From positions 1,638 to 65,637 of the forward strand of contig SKJB01000050.1 in NCBI GenBank assembly GCA_007116145.1: a stretch of DNA of 64,000 bases, read 5' to 3'. The stretch comes from Limnochordia bacterium (GTDB lineage: Bacteria; Bacillota; Limnochordia; Darwinibacteriales; DTU012). The notes beneath the pieces were generated by a model. The model saw nothing but the letters and a program-made list of their open reading frames with translations, searched no databases and was not told where the DNA came from. The translations under genes and the position numbers were made by a program. Positions 10,498-21,500 of the stretch are shown in pieces (the first letter of the stretch is position 1; each line of letters opens with the position of its first letter).

Positions 10498-11433
10498 TCA
10501 ACAGTCTTTTTCTCGCTTATTTTGATAAATGATGCCTTGGAGCAGGTCCCCATCACTAACAAGCATCCGATTTACCCCGAGTAAACGAAGTACACGGTAT
10601 AAAATTGCCACTCCCGCAACAATTACATCTTCTCGTCCTTGAGTCATTCCTGGCAATTTTAGCCGTGTGGCAACATCGAGTTCGGCTAAGCGTTGGTACC
10701 AATCATATACCACTTCAATCGTTAACTCCCTACCTGTTACTTGTTCGCCACTATACTCGTTTAACTGCAATTCTAGCGCTGCAATCGTGGTCACCGTTCC
10801 ACCCACACCGATCAGTGGGCTTGACTGATACTGCTCCCCTTGTGCTACAAGCGGTTGTAACCGGCTATCAATGAGCCTTTCTAGCGCTAGTTGCTCCTGC
10901 TTAGATACAGGGTGCTTCGAAATGCACGCTTCCGTCATCCGGACAGCCCCAACCTGCCCGCTACCTCCACTGAAAATCGTGCCTGTTAAAGAGCCGTAGA
11001 TTAACTCTGTACTCCCTCCACCGATATCTAAAACACCCACAGTCGTTGCCCGTGTTTTCTGGTGCTCTACGGCTGCTATGGCTCCCAAAAAAGACGCTGC
11101 TGCCTCTTGAGAACCCGTTAGAACCTGCACCTTCCATCCAGTTTGCGCTTGGACACGGACGACAAAATCCTCTCGATTCGCGGCATCGCGGACGGCACTC
11201 GTTGCCATAACAATCACTGCTTTCACCGGATAGTTGGCAATACTATCTCGGTATTCACAAAGCACAGCTACGGTACGGTTTATTGCCTCTTCCGCTAAAC
11301 AGCCAGAACTATCTACTCCTTGTCCAAGGCGCGTCACCGCTAGCTTCGCTACTAGGGGGATGAGTTTCTCAGATTTTACTTGTCCAATAAATAATCGCAC
11401 AGAATTCGTGCCAATATCAATACTCGCTAACAT
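10498..11433 (-). CDS. ppx: Ppx/GppA family exopolyphosphatase / guanosine pentaphosphate phosphohydrolase
   Basis: N-terminal ASIDIGTNSVRL and second phosphate-binding motif GVLDIGGGSTEL (ASKHA/Ppx-GppA fold). Confidence 0.8.
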   Translation of the reverse strand: MLASIDIGTNSVRLFIGQVKSEKLIPLVAKLAVTRLGQGVDSSGCLAEEAINRTVAVLCEYRDSIANYPVKAVIVMATSAVRDAANREDFVVRVQAQTGWKVQVLTGSQEAAASFLGAIAAVEHQKTRATTVGVLDIGGGSTELIYGSLTGTIFSGGSGQVGAVRMTEACISKHPVSKQEQLALERLIDSRLQPLVAQGEQYQSSPLIGVGGTVTTIAALELQLNEYSGEQVTGRELTIEVVYDWYQRLAELDVATRLKLPGMTQGREDVIVAGVAILYRVLRLLGVNRMLVSDGDLLQGIIYQNKREKDC

Positions 11434-12008
11434 GACTCTACTCCTTGTTGTTCGAGTTCACAGTTTCCTGACGAACATGCATAGTTAGGGCTTAATAATG
11501 CCAGAACTTCCTCGCCGATACTGTTTTCCTTACGAGCTAAGTAATCCGCTAAGTGCGTATGGAGACATTTTACTCCATCACGGCTACGAATACCACCCAC
11601 ACCGGTTTTGACAATAACTTTATAGCGCTCTGGATAATTCTTCTGTAACAAATCTTGCACCTCTTTAGGTACTAACTCCTGCCGTAACTTGGCATAACTC
11701 GTATGGGTATCCTCTATTGTTTTCGCATACTGCTCATCGCTACTAATGCGCTCTTGAAAGTTAGCAATAAGGCCCTCACTCTCTAAACAACCAACTACTT
11801 TTCGTAAATAGGGGCACGTTAGCCAAAACGTCGTCGGAAAAACTTGAACATCTTCTATTTCCGTAATGATTGGTCGATTGACTATAACTTGGGGATACCC
11901 ATAAGGGCATCGGTTAGCAATACCAATCAATCCCCTTGGATCGCGCCCGATCTGGTTGACAATGATTTTATGATCCCCATTCGTTGGTCTTTCCCATTGA
12001 TGCTCCAT
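11427..12008 (-). CDS. DUF501-family protein (conserved partner of ppx in Firmicutes)
   Basis: 193-aa ORF overlapping the ppx start by 7 nt. Family call rests on recalled similarity and on synteny with ppx. Confidence 0.45.
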   Translation of the reverse strand: MEHQWERPTNGDHKIIVNQIGRDPRGLIGIANRCPYGYPQVIVNRPIITEIEDVQVFPTTFWLTCPYLRKVVGCLESEGLIANFQERISSDEQYAKTIEDTHTSYAKLRQELVPKEVQDLLQKNYPERYKVIVKTGVGGIRSRDGVKCLHTHLADYLARKENSIGEEVLALLSPNYACSSGNCELEQQGVESC

Positions 12009-12091
12009 AGACTCGTACCCTCCCGGATGGAAAAAACATCCCCGAAGGGATGTAGATTATCGTACACAATACATAAATGAGACAGTATAAC

Positions 12092-12496
12092 TTACCTTGC
12101 GCCCCTGCCTCCTCGCTTAGAGTCCTGACTTTTCTTTAAAGCTGTTTGACGCTCATCACTGTCCTTTAGAAAACGAGTTAATCGATCTTCGAAATCTATA
12201 GGGCTTGGAGCTCGCCTTTTATTTCGATTGTTCTGCGGACGATGAGTCTGTTCAGTCGCTGGTTTTGGGTTAGCCTGTTTAATGGACAGGCCAATTTTGC
12301 CGTCATTGACATTTATTACCTTTACCTTGACTACTTCTTCCGTTTTTAGGTACTCATTAATGTCTTTGACATAGGCATCAGCAACCTCAGATATGTGCAC
12401 TAAACCCGTTTTACCATTAGCGAGTTCTACAAAGGCACCAAAATTAGTGATCCCCGTTACTTTCCCCTCGACAATGCTGCCGACTTCGATTGACAT
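12092..12496 (-). CDS. S1 RNA-binding domain protein (YabR-like)
   Basis: S1 motif GSIVEGKVTGITNFGAFVEL...GLVHISEV, with a basic C-terminal tail. Position after divIC as in the Bacillus yab cluster. Confidence 0.75.
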   Translation of the reverse strand: MSIEVGSIVEGKVTGITNFGAFVELANGKTGLVHISEVADAYVKDINEYLKTEEVVKVKVINVNDGKIGLSIKQANPKPATEQTHRPQNNRNKRRAPSPIDFEDRLTRFLKDSDERQTALKKSQDSKRGGRGAR

Positions 12497-12586
12497 ACGT
12501 TAATAAATTCCTCCTCTAAGGTTTTACCGTTGCAGGGCACGCGGCTACTATGTATTATACAGTATTCACTTTTTCGTGTCAATCGA

Positions 12587-12943
12587 CTAGTCGGTGATCC
12601 CAGCGGGATTACTGCTTTTTTCAACCGAAATCCCAGCACCCTCCACTAGCGGCTGGGATAAAATATATAGCGTCTCGTCGGGTTTTACTAAACCTAACTC
12701 TTCTCGAGCAATGCGCTCTATGTACTCCGGTGACTGCATATGCTCTATTTCTGCCCGCAATACATCATTACGCATCTTTATCGCTTTCATTTCCAGGTTT
12801 CGTTTGTTAATATCGTGATTGAGCTGATAGGTGCTAACAACCCCTTTACCAAAAATATAGCCCACCCACAGGACAAAACAACACAGCAAAAGCATTCCTA
12901 CTTTTAGCCGCTGTTTTCTAACTCTTACTTTGCTATTTCCCAC
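12587..12943 (-). CDS. divIC: Septum formation initiator (DivIC/FtsB family)
   Basis: Single N-terminal TM helix plus coiled-coil region (NKRNLEMKAIKMRNDVLRAEIEHMQSPEYIERIAREELG). Synteny yabP-yabQ-divIC-S1. Confidence 0.7.
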   Translation of the reverse strand: MGNSKVRVRKQRLKVGMLLLCCFVLWVGYIFGKGVVSTYQLNHDINKRNLEMKAIKMRNDVLRAEIEHMQSPEYIERIAREELGLVKPDETLYILSQPLVEGAGISVEKSSNPAGITD

Positions 12944-13007
12944 TGGCGAAGCCCCCTTTGTTCTGGAATTCTTCGCCAGCAGACTTTTTCCTGCAAGATC
13001 CTGACAA

Positions 13008-13493
13008 TTACCGACGACGTAAATTCGCCCAGCCCATTGACTGCCAACGAAGAGCGGGCATAATCCGGAATTTTTTGCGTCCCCGACCTCTAGCTCGTGC
13101 TCCTAAACCGATATCTTGAATGAGACCCACAGGCAGGACCATAATCGGTATGAGGATTCCAAGAATTCCACTAATTATTTTGCCAATACTGTTCATAAAC
13201 AGTACTAACGAACGAATAATAAGGTGGCTAAAGAGCAGATAATAAAAGGCTAACCCTAGTACTACACCGATTACCACATAGAATCGCAGCTCGCCCCAAT
13301 TCGCCATTAAAAGATAAATGGTTAACACCGGAGCTAGAACTAACCAAAAGAATAAATCCATGACAGCTGTTGACCATACACCAGGTCGCAAAACCGATCG
13401 AAGCAACCGATAGCCGTCAAAAATTAAACCACTTGAGGCACCAGCAAGAATCGTTATAGCAAATGCATACAATTGTGCGCTGAGTGATTCCAT
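13008..13493 (-). CDS. yabQ: Spore cortex biosynthesis membrane protein YabQ
   Basis: Polytopic small membrane protein immediately downstream of yabP, in conserved synteny. Confidence 0.6.
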   Translation of the reverse strand: MESLSAQLYAFAITILAGASSGLIFDGYRLLRSVLRPGVWSTAVMDLFFWLVLAPVLTIYLLMANWGELRFYVVIGVVLGLAFYYLLFSHLIIRSLVLFMNSIGKIISGILGILIPIMVLPVGLIQDIGLGARARGRGRKKFRIMPALRWQSMGWANLRRR

Positions 13494-13580
13494 TCCTTCA
13501 CCTCCCTCGGATAGTATCTTCTAGAGACCCTCTTGCACCAGCCTCCTAGTATTGTATGCAAGTGTAAACGAGAGTGTGCC

Positions 13581-13871
13581 TCACCGAAATATTTTTGCCA
13601 GTAATCCCTTGCCTCTTTTTTCAAGAGAATCGCCTGTGTATTCCAAACTCTTCACATATCCAACCACAACCAGATTAGCGTGTTCTAAGTTTAACTCCTT
13701 AATATGCAGTTCTTCACCATGGATAATTAAACCGCCCTGTTCTGTTTCTAGCAAGATCTCTCGATCATCAAAACTTTCTACATTAACAACGCCGTCCACA
13801 TTTAGTTTTTCCCGTTTAACAAGGACTACTTGATGCTTTTTACTTGGTGTTAGTACTCGTTTATCTTCCAT
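13581..13871 (-). CDS. yabP: Sporulation protein YabP
   Basis: 96-aa protein in conserved yabP-yabQ-divIC order. Recalled YabP-like sequence (LEHANLVVVGYV). Confidence 0.65.
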   Translation of the reverse strand: MEDKRVLTPSKKHQVVLVKREKLNVDGVVNVESFDDREILLETEQGGLIIHGEELHIKELNLEHANLVVVGYVKSLEYTGDSLEKRGKGLLAKIFR

Positions 13872-13957
13872 ATTAGTCTCCCCTTCGTCTTCTGTGAATG
13901 TGTTACTTCTTCGTACAATCTATGCGCGAAGGGGAGAAAATAGAATTCGTCGTTGGA

Positions 13958-14932
13958 TCAATCATATAAATTCTTGACTTCAACATCTGCAAAAAAGGCT
14001 GTCGCGATCTGTTCTGGTGTCATCCCATCTTTCGCCATTTTAAACGCATCCCACTGGCTTAAGCCTACCCCATGACCATAGCCGCTTCCACTCATCCGGA
14101 GTACGCCATCTGCATACTCTAACTCTTCAACTAAGGTCGAACGCATACGTGTTGAATCGACAAGAAGGCGGAAGCGCTGCCCATGGAGAGACTCTGTGCC
14201 ATTTGTACCCTCGATTTCTAACAAAGTAATCCGTTTAGTTGGGCCCCGTTCAACAATTCGCACAGCTTGGATAGTACCGACGTTTATATCGACTTCAGCT
14301 AGCAGTGTTTGCAGTTCAGCCGCAGAATACTCGGCGCTCCAATGAACTACATCCTCGGGAGCATATACGTTAGCAGGCAGCTCTATACTAGTAACATAAG
14401 GAGGTTCCTCCCCTTGGAAGTCAAGTCCTTCAACAGCTGTGGAGGTGATGCCTCCAGAATACGCATGAAACCAACCTTGAACAAAACGATTATCAAAGGT
14501 CATCACTTGCCCGCGCGTCATTTCCACGCCCGCGCGTATTTCTGGTGTAATAGCCTCTGCATTATAGGCTTGCGCTTCTTGAATATCTGTGGAAATATCC
14601 GCTCCCCGTTCCTCTTGCATCCCACCTGCTGCGATAAAAGCCATCGTAAAACTGCGAGCAAAAATCGCTTGCGCGGCATAAGCTTCCACGGGCCAGTCGG
14701 GAAACATCTCACCTGCCACCACTCCTTGTAAGTAGTCTTCTAGCATCATTGTCCGTATTTCGCCTGTTTCGTGCATAAATACCGAGATCTCTGGCTCCTC
14801 CTCTAACTCGCGAAAAATCCCTTCATCATTACCGTTCCAACTAATCATCACTGTTGTGACTGCAATTAGAACTAAGACTAAACCTACGATCATTGTGTGT
14901 TGCCGTTTCAATTTCACTGTGTTTCCTCCCAT
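13958..14932 (-). CDS. spoIID: Stage II sporulation protein D (SpoIID/LytB domain amidase enhancer)
   Basis: N-terminal TM anchor and SpoIID-type motifs (YLQGVVAGEM..AAQAIFARSF, GYGHGVGLSQWDA). Confidence 0.8.
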   Translation of the reverse strand: MGGNTVKLKRQHTMIVGLVLVLIAVTTVMISWNGNDEGIFRELEEEPEISVFMHETGEIRTMMLEDYLQGVVAGEMFPDWPVEAYAAQAIFARSFTMAFIAAGGMQEERGADISTDIQEAQAYNAEAITPEIRAGVEMTRGQVMTFDNRFVQGWFHAYSGGITSTAVEGLDFQGEEPPYVTSIELPANVYAPEDVVHWSAEYSAAELQTLLAEVDINVGTIQAVRIVERGPTKRITLLEIEGTNGTESLHGQRFRLLVDSTRMRSTLVEELEYADGVLRMSGSGYGHGVGLSQWDAFKMAKDGMTPEQIATAFFADVEVKNLYD

Positions 14933-15098
14933 GTTTATCTGTCTATTTGCTCCTCTCTAGCTTGTTTATTTCTCCGCCACTTTATGCCGTAGGTGTAAAT
15001 TTCACATTCTTGGGGAAAATATTCCCAATCAAGCAGGATAAAACAAGGACATGCAGAATATATCGTATGTAATATTCAGACCTTAAGGAGGTTAAAGC

Positions 15099-15377
15099 GT
15101 GAATAAAAGTGAATTGATCTCAGCTGTATCTGAAAAATCAGGTATGACAAAGAAAGTAGCCACCGAGGCTGTAGAAGCCACATTCTCAACAATCCAAGGT
15201 GCATTAGCAGCTGGAGAAAAGATTACCTTAGTAGGTTTTGGTACTTTTGAAGTTCGTGACAGAGCCCAACGCGAGGGAGTTAATCCTTCAACTAAGGAGA
15301 AAATCATTATCCCTGCAACAAAAGTACCTGCGTTCAAAGCGGGCAAAACGCTTAAGGAAGCAGTCGCCCAAAAGTAG
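15099..15377 (+). CDS. hup: DNA-binding protein HU
   Basis: MNKSELISAVSEKSGMTKK...GFGTFEVRDRAQREGVNPSTKEKIIIPATKVPAFKAGK. GTG start after AAGGAGG. Confidence 0.92.
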   Translation: MNKSELISAVSEKSGMTKKVATEAVEATFSTIQGALAAGEKITLVGFGTFEVRDRAQREGVNPSTKEKIIIPATKVPAFKAGKTLKEAVAQK

Positions 15378-15396
15378 GAACATCATGAAAAGCCCG

Positions 15397-15430
15397 TAAA
15401 AGCCTGCTGCTATTCGCAGGCTTTTACTCT
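15397..15430 (+). terminator. Putative intrinsic terminator downstream of hup
   Basis: Stem AAAGCCTGC / GCAGGCTTT around loop TGCTATTC, followed by a U-rich tail TTACTCT. Confidence 0.45.
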
Positions 15431-15520
15431 AGAAAAACCAAACTTTCTCTTCCCATAGACCAGCAGAACTTAGGGAAAGATATAACCGAGCGCTCAGGAG
15501 CATTTAAGGAGGCAATTCCC

Positions 15521-16312
15521 TTGTATACCATCAACGACCTACTAGCAATCATGGAAAAACTTCGCTCTCCCAAGGGTTGTCCCTGGGATAGAGAACAAAC
15601 TCACCAGACCTTAGGCCGTTATTTAGTTGAAGAAAGCTATGAGGTACTTGAGGCGATTAATCAGCACAACCCTCAACTACTCGCCGACGAATTAGGCGAT
15701 ATTTTATTACAGGTAGTTTTTCATGCGCAAATTGCAGCAGAGGCTAAAACCTTTGATATGAACGATATCGTCCGTGCCATTTGCGAAAAACTCATTCGCC
15801 GTCACCCCCACGTCTTCGCAGATACCGAAGTAGAGTCTGTAGCAGATGTCTTACGAAATTGGGAAGAGATCAAAAAGAGTGAGAAACTAAATCAAGACAG
15901 GCAATCACTTTTAGATGGAATCCCAGCCCACCTCCCGGCCTTGTTGCGTGCAGAGAAAGCACAGATGAAAACCGCGAAAATAGGCTTTGAATGGGACTCC
16001 ATTACAGGAGCATACACAAAGCTGGAAGAAGAACTGCATGAACTTGGTGAAGCCATAAAGCTAGGTGAGACGAAGCACGTTGAGGAGGAGTTTGGTGATG
16101 TGCTATTTTCGCTGGTTAACATAGCCCGCTATCTTAACGTTAACCCAGAAATGTCACTAAACGCTACCACGAATACATTCATCCAACGGTTTCAGTATAT
16201 GGAAAAAGCAGCTAGCGCACAGAATCTTGACTTAAGCGTTCTAAGCTTAGCAGAAATGGATGTGTTGTGGGATCAAGCAAAGATTCATTTCCGTAAGAAT
16301 CCCCAGGTGTAG
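15521..16312 (+). CDS. mazG: Nucleoside triphosphate pyrophosphohydrolase MazG
   Basis: Tandem MazG motifs (GCPWDREQTHQTL..EESYEVLEAI and EEFGDVLFSLVNIARY). TTG start after AAGGAGG. Confidence 0.85.
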   Translation: MYTINDLLAIMEKLRSPKGCPWDREQTHQTLGRYLVEESYEVLEAINQHNPQLLADELGDILLQVVFHAQIAAEAKTFDMNDIVRAICEKLIRRHPHVFADTEVESVADVLRNWEEIKKSEKLNQDRQSLLDGIPAHLPALLRAEKAQMKTAKIGFEWDSITGAYTKLEEELHELGEAIKLGETKHVEEEFGDVLFSLVNIARYLNVNPEMSLNATTNTFIQRFQYMEKAASAQNLDLSVLSLAEMDVLWDQAKIHFRKNPQV

Positions 16313-17883
16313 AGCCAATCGGCTAATGGAGTGCCGACTTTCGGTAGTAAGCGAACATCTTTTTCGTGAATGGCACCCATCATCATTAGGAGTAGAAAGT
16401 ACAGCGACATGCTCCAGGTGACGGTAAGCAGTGTGGCTGTGTTTGGTCCGAGTACATGGAGAGTATCAAAGAGATAGTGAAGTGATAGGGCGGTAATCAA
16501 AGCAGCACCCACGGGTTTTAGCAGAACCTCTTTGACATTTATCCGAAGATCAACCTGCTGACAGACGGAATACACATTAAGAAAAGCAACCACTAACCAT
16601 CCGAGAGTGGTACCCCATGCTGCTCCAGTTATACCAACACCAGGTATACCCGTTAGTAAATAGTTACAGACAAATTTAACTCCCACCCCAACCAGCAAAT
16701 TTTTTACAGGAATCATCACCAGGCTCATCCCCTCTAAAACCCCTGTTGTAGCCTGGATGGTACCTAGGGTAATGGTGCCAATAGCCAAAATCCGCAGTGG
16801 AGCACCCACTTGTGGATAACTAAATAGCAGCTGCGAGATGGGTTCGGCTAATACAAACAGGGCAGCAAAGGAAGGAAGACCAAAGATCAGTGCAATGCGA
16901 ATGGCTTCTCTGGTTCGCTTCGCTACCAGTCGCTTACTACCTAAGGTGGCAGCCTCTGAGATGGCCGGGATCAGGCTAGTGCTCATGGCCACCGTTATAA
17001 TGTTCGGAAGCTGTGATAATGTTAAGGCCATCCCTAAATAACCCATAAGTTCGCGGATCTGGGCTTGGTCAAAACCGGCTGCTTGCATGCGCTCTGGGAT
17101 CAATACTGTGTCAAGCATTTGCATGATCGGCCATAAGACGGTGGTTAACACAATTGGCAACGCTAGCCGTAACAAGCGTTTGCACAATTTCCTCCCTGGT
17201 TCATAGTCGGGTCGGCTTCGGCGCGCGATTTTTGCTACTAGTGATTGTTTTTGCACCATAAAGAAAGTGAACAGTGTCAGTACGCTAACAAATTCTCCTG
17301 CTACGACAGCCATCGCAGTTCCAGCAACAGCTAATTCCACGCCGTGAGGCATCAGCCAGATCGCTAGAGTAATGGTCAGAACAACACGCACAATCTGATC
17401 CAGCACTTGACTGACAGCAGTCGGTGTCATATGCTGCAGTCCTTGAAAAAAACCGCGAAAGGCTCCGCCTAGAGCATAAAAGAATGCACTAGGTGCCATA
17501 ACAAGGATGATTAAATAGACTCCAGGATCTTTTATCACGTGCCCACTAAAAAACGAAGCACTAGCCCACATTGCTCCGCAAGCACCCAAACCCGTCGCTA
17601 CAAGAATTAGAAAACTAACACGTAACACTCTAAACACTCCAGGAATCGAGCCTTGCGCAGCTTTTTCAGCTACTAGGATCGAAACAGCCGTTGGCATACC
17701 CAATATGGCAATGACGACTGCAAAGTAATGAATAGGCTTCACAAGCTGTATAAGCCCCATCCCTTCATCAAGGATGATTCGGGGAATGAAAATGATATAA
17801 ACTATGCCAAGCACCCTACTAATGCCGCTTGATAAGGCCAAAATAAAAGCACCACGCAAAAAAGACTCCTCTGTCATAAGCAT
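16285..17883 (-). CDS. spoVB: Stage V sporulation protein B / MOP-superfamily polysaccharide flippase
   Basis: 532-aa polytopic membrane protein of the MOP/Wzx fold, adjacent to spoVT as in Bacillus. Confidence 0.65.
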   Translation of the reverse strand: MLMTEESFLRGAFILALSSGISRVLGIVYIIFIPRIILDEGMGLIQLVKPIHYFAVVIAILGMPTAVSILVAEKAAQGSIPGVFRVLRVSFLILVATGLGACGAMWASASFFSGHVIKDPGVYLIILVMAPSAFFYALGGAFRGFFQGLQHMTPTAVSQVLDQIVRVVLTITLAIWLMPHGVELAVAGTAMAVVAGEFVSVLTLFTFFMVQKQSLVAKIARRSRPDYEPGRKLCKRLLRLALPIVLTTVLWPIMQMLDTVLIPERMQAAGFDQAQIRELMGYLGMALTLSQLPNIITVAMSTSLIPAISEAATLGSKRLVAKRTREAIRIALIFGLPSFAALFVLAEPISQLLFSYPQVGAPLRILAIGTITLGTIQATTGVLEGMSLVMIPVKNLLVGVGVKFVCNYLLTGIPGVGITGAAWGTTLGWLVVAFLNVYSVCQQVDLRINVKEVLLKPVGAALITALSLHYLFDTLHVLGPNTATLLTVTWSMSLYFLLLMMMGAIHEKDVRLLPKVGTPLADWLYTWGFLRK

Positions 17884-17954
17884 ACCCCGCTTTCCTGTTT
17901 GTTCATTTTACGCAGGAAATTGTTCGGTTATGACCAGGAGTCATCCTATCAGTG

Positions 17955-18491
17955 TTATTGTTCCATCTGTTTCGCTAAAAAACCCGCTGCTGTCTCCGCA
18001 AGCTTTGACTCTAAAACACCCATCTTAACACTCGTTTCTTTTGTGGAAAGAATGACCACCCCAATGGGATCACCTTCGGCAATAATGGGAGCAATAACTT
18101 GCATCTCAAATCCCCATTGATCCTCTTCAGCTGCTAATTCTGCTTTGGTAATCATAATCGTTTTCCGCAATTCCATGGAGCGCTCTACAACATCAACAAC
18201 AGGTTTATCCACCCATTGTTTTTTAGCAGCGCCTGCTACTGCAACAATAGCATCTCTGTCGCATATTAGTGTGATATGTCCAGTAGACTCAAATAGGGAA
18301 TCTGCATATTCTTGTGCAAAATCGCCTAACTCGCCAATAGGAGAATACTTCTTTAAAATTACCTCGCCCTCACGGTCGACAAATATTTCTAACGGATCAC
18401 CTTCTCGAATGCGTAAGGTTCGTCGAATCTCTTTGGGAATTACAACGCGGCCCAAGTCGTCAATACGTCTTACTATTCCTGTAGCTTTCAA
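17955..18491 (-). CDS. spoVT: Stage V sporulation protein T (AbrB-type N-domain plus GAF domain)
   Basis: KATGIVRRIDDLGRVVIPKEIRRTLRIREGDPLEIFVDREGEVILKKYSP is a near-identical match to B. subtilis SpoVT. TTG start after AAGGAGG. Confidence 0.9.
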   Translation of the reverse strand: MKATGIVRRIDDLGRVVIPKEIRRTLRIREGDPLEIFVDREGEVILKKYSPIGELGDFAQEYADSLFESTGHITLICDRDAIVAVAGAAKKQWVDKPVVDVVERSMELRKTIMITKAELAAEEDQWGFEMQVIAPIIAEGDPIGVVILSTKETSVKMGVLESKLAETAAGFLAKQMEQ

Positions 18492-18554
18492 GAGCCACAC
18501 CCCTCCTTTTATGCTGGGTACGTACACTGCTAGTATATATCTGAACTGCTATTT

Positions 18555-21500
18555 TTATTCGTTTTTCCCACCTAACCCAAATTCCTTCAGTCCAGCTAAA
18601 GCTTCCCGTAAAAAGCGCAATGCTTCGTTTTCAGTTAAACCACGTATCTTAACCTTCAGTCGAGGAGTTCGTCCGGTCTGGTATCCGATCTTACCACGGT
18701 GTTTACGGACAAGTTCGGTATAGCGATTACTTGTCTCCGTTAAGCCAGGGAAGAATTTGACCACAAACAGAGCTGTCTCAAAAGCAACTGATGCAACACC
18801 TACTTGTCTGGCTAAAACCTTGATGCGGGCCACCTCAATGAGATTGCGAACCGCATCAGGAAGATCACTAAAGCGATCTTCGATCTCTTCTTCTAGTTGA
18901 TCCGCTTCACTTAAGCTGCGAATTGCGATAATTTTTTTATAGAGTTCAACCTTCTGCTTGGGATCCGATACATACTCGTCGCTAATATACGCATCGACAC
19001 TAAGGTCTAGCACGGGTTCTGGCGGGGTTTGTACCACCTCTCCTTTTAAACTTCGAATGGCCTCGCCTAGTAGTTTACAGTACAGCTCAAAGCCAACAGA
19101 TGTGATAAAGCCGTGTTGCTCGGGACCAAGAATATTGCCTGCGCCGCGAATTTCTAAGTCGCGCATCGCAATTTTAATGCCCGATCCCAACTCGGTAAAT
19201 TCTCTAATAGCTTGTAATCGCTTTTCTGCATCTTCTGTTAGTATCTTATCCCTTCGATAGGTAAAATACGCATACGCTACACGATTCGTTCGACCCACCC
19301 GACCTCGCAACTGATAGAGTTGGGCTAAACCTAAGTGATCAGCGTCATTAATAATTAATGTATTCACATTGGAAATATCCATTCCAGTCTCAATTATGGT
19401 TGTACAAAGTAACACATCATATTCACCGTTATAGAAATCCAACATCACTTTCTCTAACCGGGTTTCGTCCATTTGCCCATGGGCAATCGCAATACGTGCA
19501 TCAGGGACGATCGCTTGAATCTCACTATACATTTTGTCGATTGTCTGGACGCGATTATAGACAAAGTACACTTGTCCTTGCCGCCCAATTTCGCGTCGGA
19601 TTGCTTGTCCGATCGCCTCTGGATCCCACTCGATCACAAACGTGCGAATCGGAAAGCGGTCTTCAGGTGGGGTTTCAATTAAACTCATGTCGCGGACACC
19701 CACCATGGACATATGCAAAGTACGGGGGATGGGTGTGGCTGATAGCGTAAGTACGTCGACGTTTTTGCTCAGTTCCTTCAACCGTTCTTTTTGCGCTACT
19801 CCAAATCGTTGCTCTTCATCGACTATCACTAACCCAAGATCATGAAATTTGATATCCTTAGACAAGAGCCGATGGGTACCGATTACCACATCCATACTAC
19901 CAGCCTTCAAACCTTGATTTACTTTCTTTTGCTCAAGGGCTGATTGGAAGCGACTTAACACGCCAATGTTTATCGGATACTCCTCAAACCGTTCTACAAA
20001 GGTGCGGTGATGTTGCTGGGCTAATATTGTGGTAGGAACAAGCACAACCACTTGTTTGCCTTCTCCTACCGCCTTAAACGCGGCTCGAATCGCTACTTCC
20101 GTCTTTCCATAGCCCACATCTCCACACAATAGGCGATCCATGGGCTTGCTTCGCTGCATATCTTGCTTAACATCGCGTATAGCTTGTAGTTGATCGGGCG
20201 TTTCCTCATACGGAAAAGCAGCTTCAAACTCCTGCTGCCAAGGGGAGTCTTCATTGTAGGCGTGCCCTTGTAGAGACTCACGTTCTGCATATAACTTGAT
20301 TAAACCTTGAGCCATTTCCTGTACCGATTCCTTAACACGCTTTTTGACGCGCGACCATTCACCACCGCCTAATTTTGATAGTTTTGGTGCTTGGTCATTT
20401 AATCCTACATAACGTTGCAGCATATCAATTTGATCGGTCGGTACATACAGTCTATCTTTCCCACTAAACTTCACCAACAAATAATCTTTGTGGGCGTTAC
20501 TTACCTCAAGGGTTTCTAGCCCAAGATATTGACCAATTCCATGATTTATATGTACAACAAAATCCCCAATGCGTAAATCGCCTTCGGTTAGTTTGATGTG
20601 CTCTTCACTCCGGTGTATTCGCTCTTTAGGTCGTTGTTTGCCATAAATCTCCAGTTCTGTACACACTATTAATTTAAAACCAGGAAACTCAAAACCCGTT
20701 TCCAAACTCCCTTTAGCCACAATACAGTTGCCGATTTTCAGCTCCTTTGAGACATCAGCTGTATATTGGGCAGGGATATCGCTATCTTTCATGTACTCGA
20801 CAAGCCGTCGAGCTCGCTCCTCGGTAGATGTTACCAATAGGATCCGATAGTGTTCTTTGCGCCACTGGGAAACCTTTTTGAGGAATCCGGACAAATTTCC
20901 TTGAAAGTGTTCGGGGGTCTTGGCTGATATCTGCTTTACCACAGCGTGTTCCATCTCAGGAATTCGTTTGTCGAGCACTGTAAAATACATGGGTGAGTAC
21001 TTCGCAGCCTTCTCCCACAAATCATTCCAGGTTAAGAATTTTTGCTGAATACTAGGCAAAACACGCCCTTTTTCCAATAAATCAGCAATGGTTTCATTGA
21101 TTTCTTGCAGGTAGGCTCGAAGCTGATCCTTAATCCGCACGGGCTCATTAATGACAACCCGTGCATCTGCTGGCAGATAATCGAAAAGCGAGGCGGGTGC
21201 TACCAAATAACCTAGATATTGATCGAGTCCGGGGAAAAACTTAGCCTCAAGGAGTAGCTCTAGATGATGGGCCACCCGTTCTAATAAGCTATCCGCTTCT
21301 TTTTCCTTATGGACCTTCAGTAATCTATTCGCCTGTGCACTGGCTTCTTCCCAAATGTCGTCACGGATCTTCTGTAAGTCTGGTAGCCCATAGAACGCTT
21401 CACGGACTGGATAAATAACTACTTCCTGAACGTTTTCTAAGGACCGTTGACTATCTAGTTCAAAACTACGGATAGAGTCCACTTCGGTATCAAAAAGTTC

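Noticed and set aside
10353-10562. 69-aa ORF overlapping tRNA-Leu
   Set aside because: It overlaps a well-formed tRNA gene on the same strand, so it is spurious.
16811-16819. Perfect DnaA box TGTGGATAA inside spoVB
   Set aside because: Single isolated 9-mer with no cluster or AT-rich unwinding region. It is expected by chance, and the true oriC lies beyond the mnmE end of the window.
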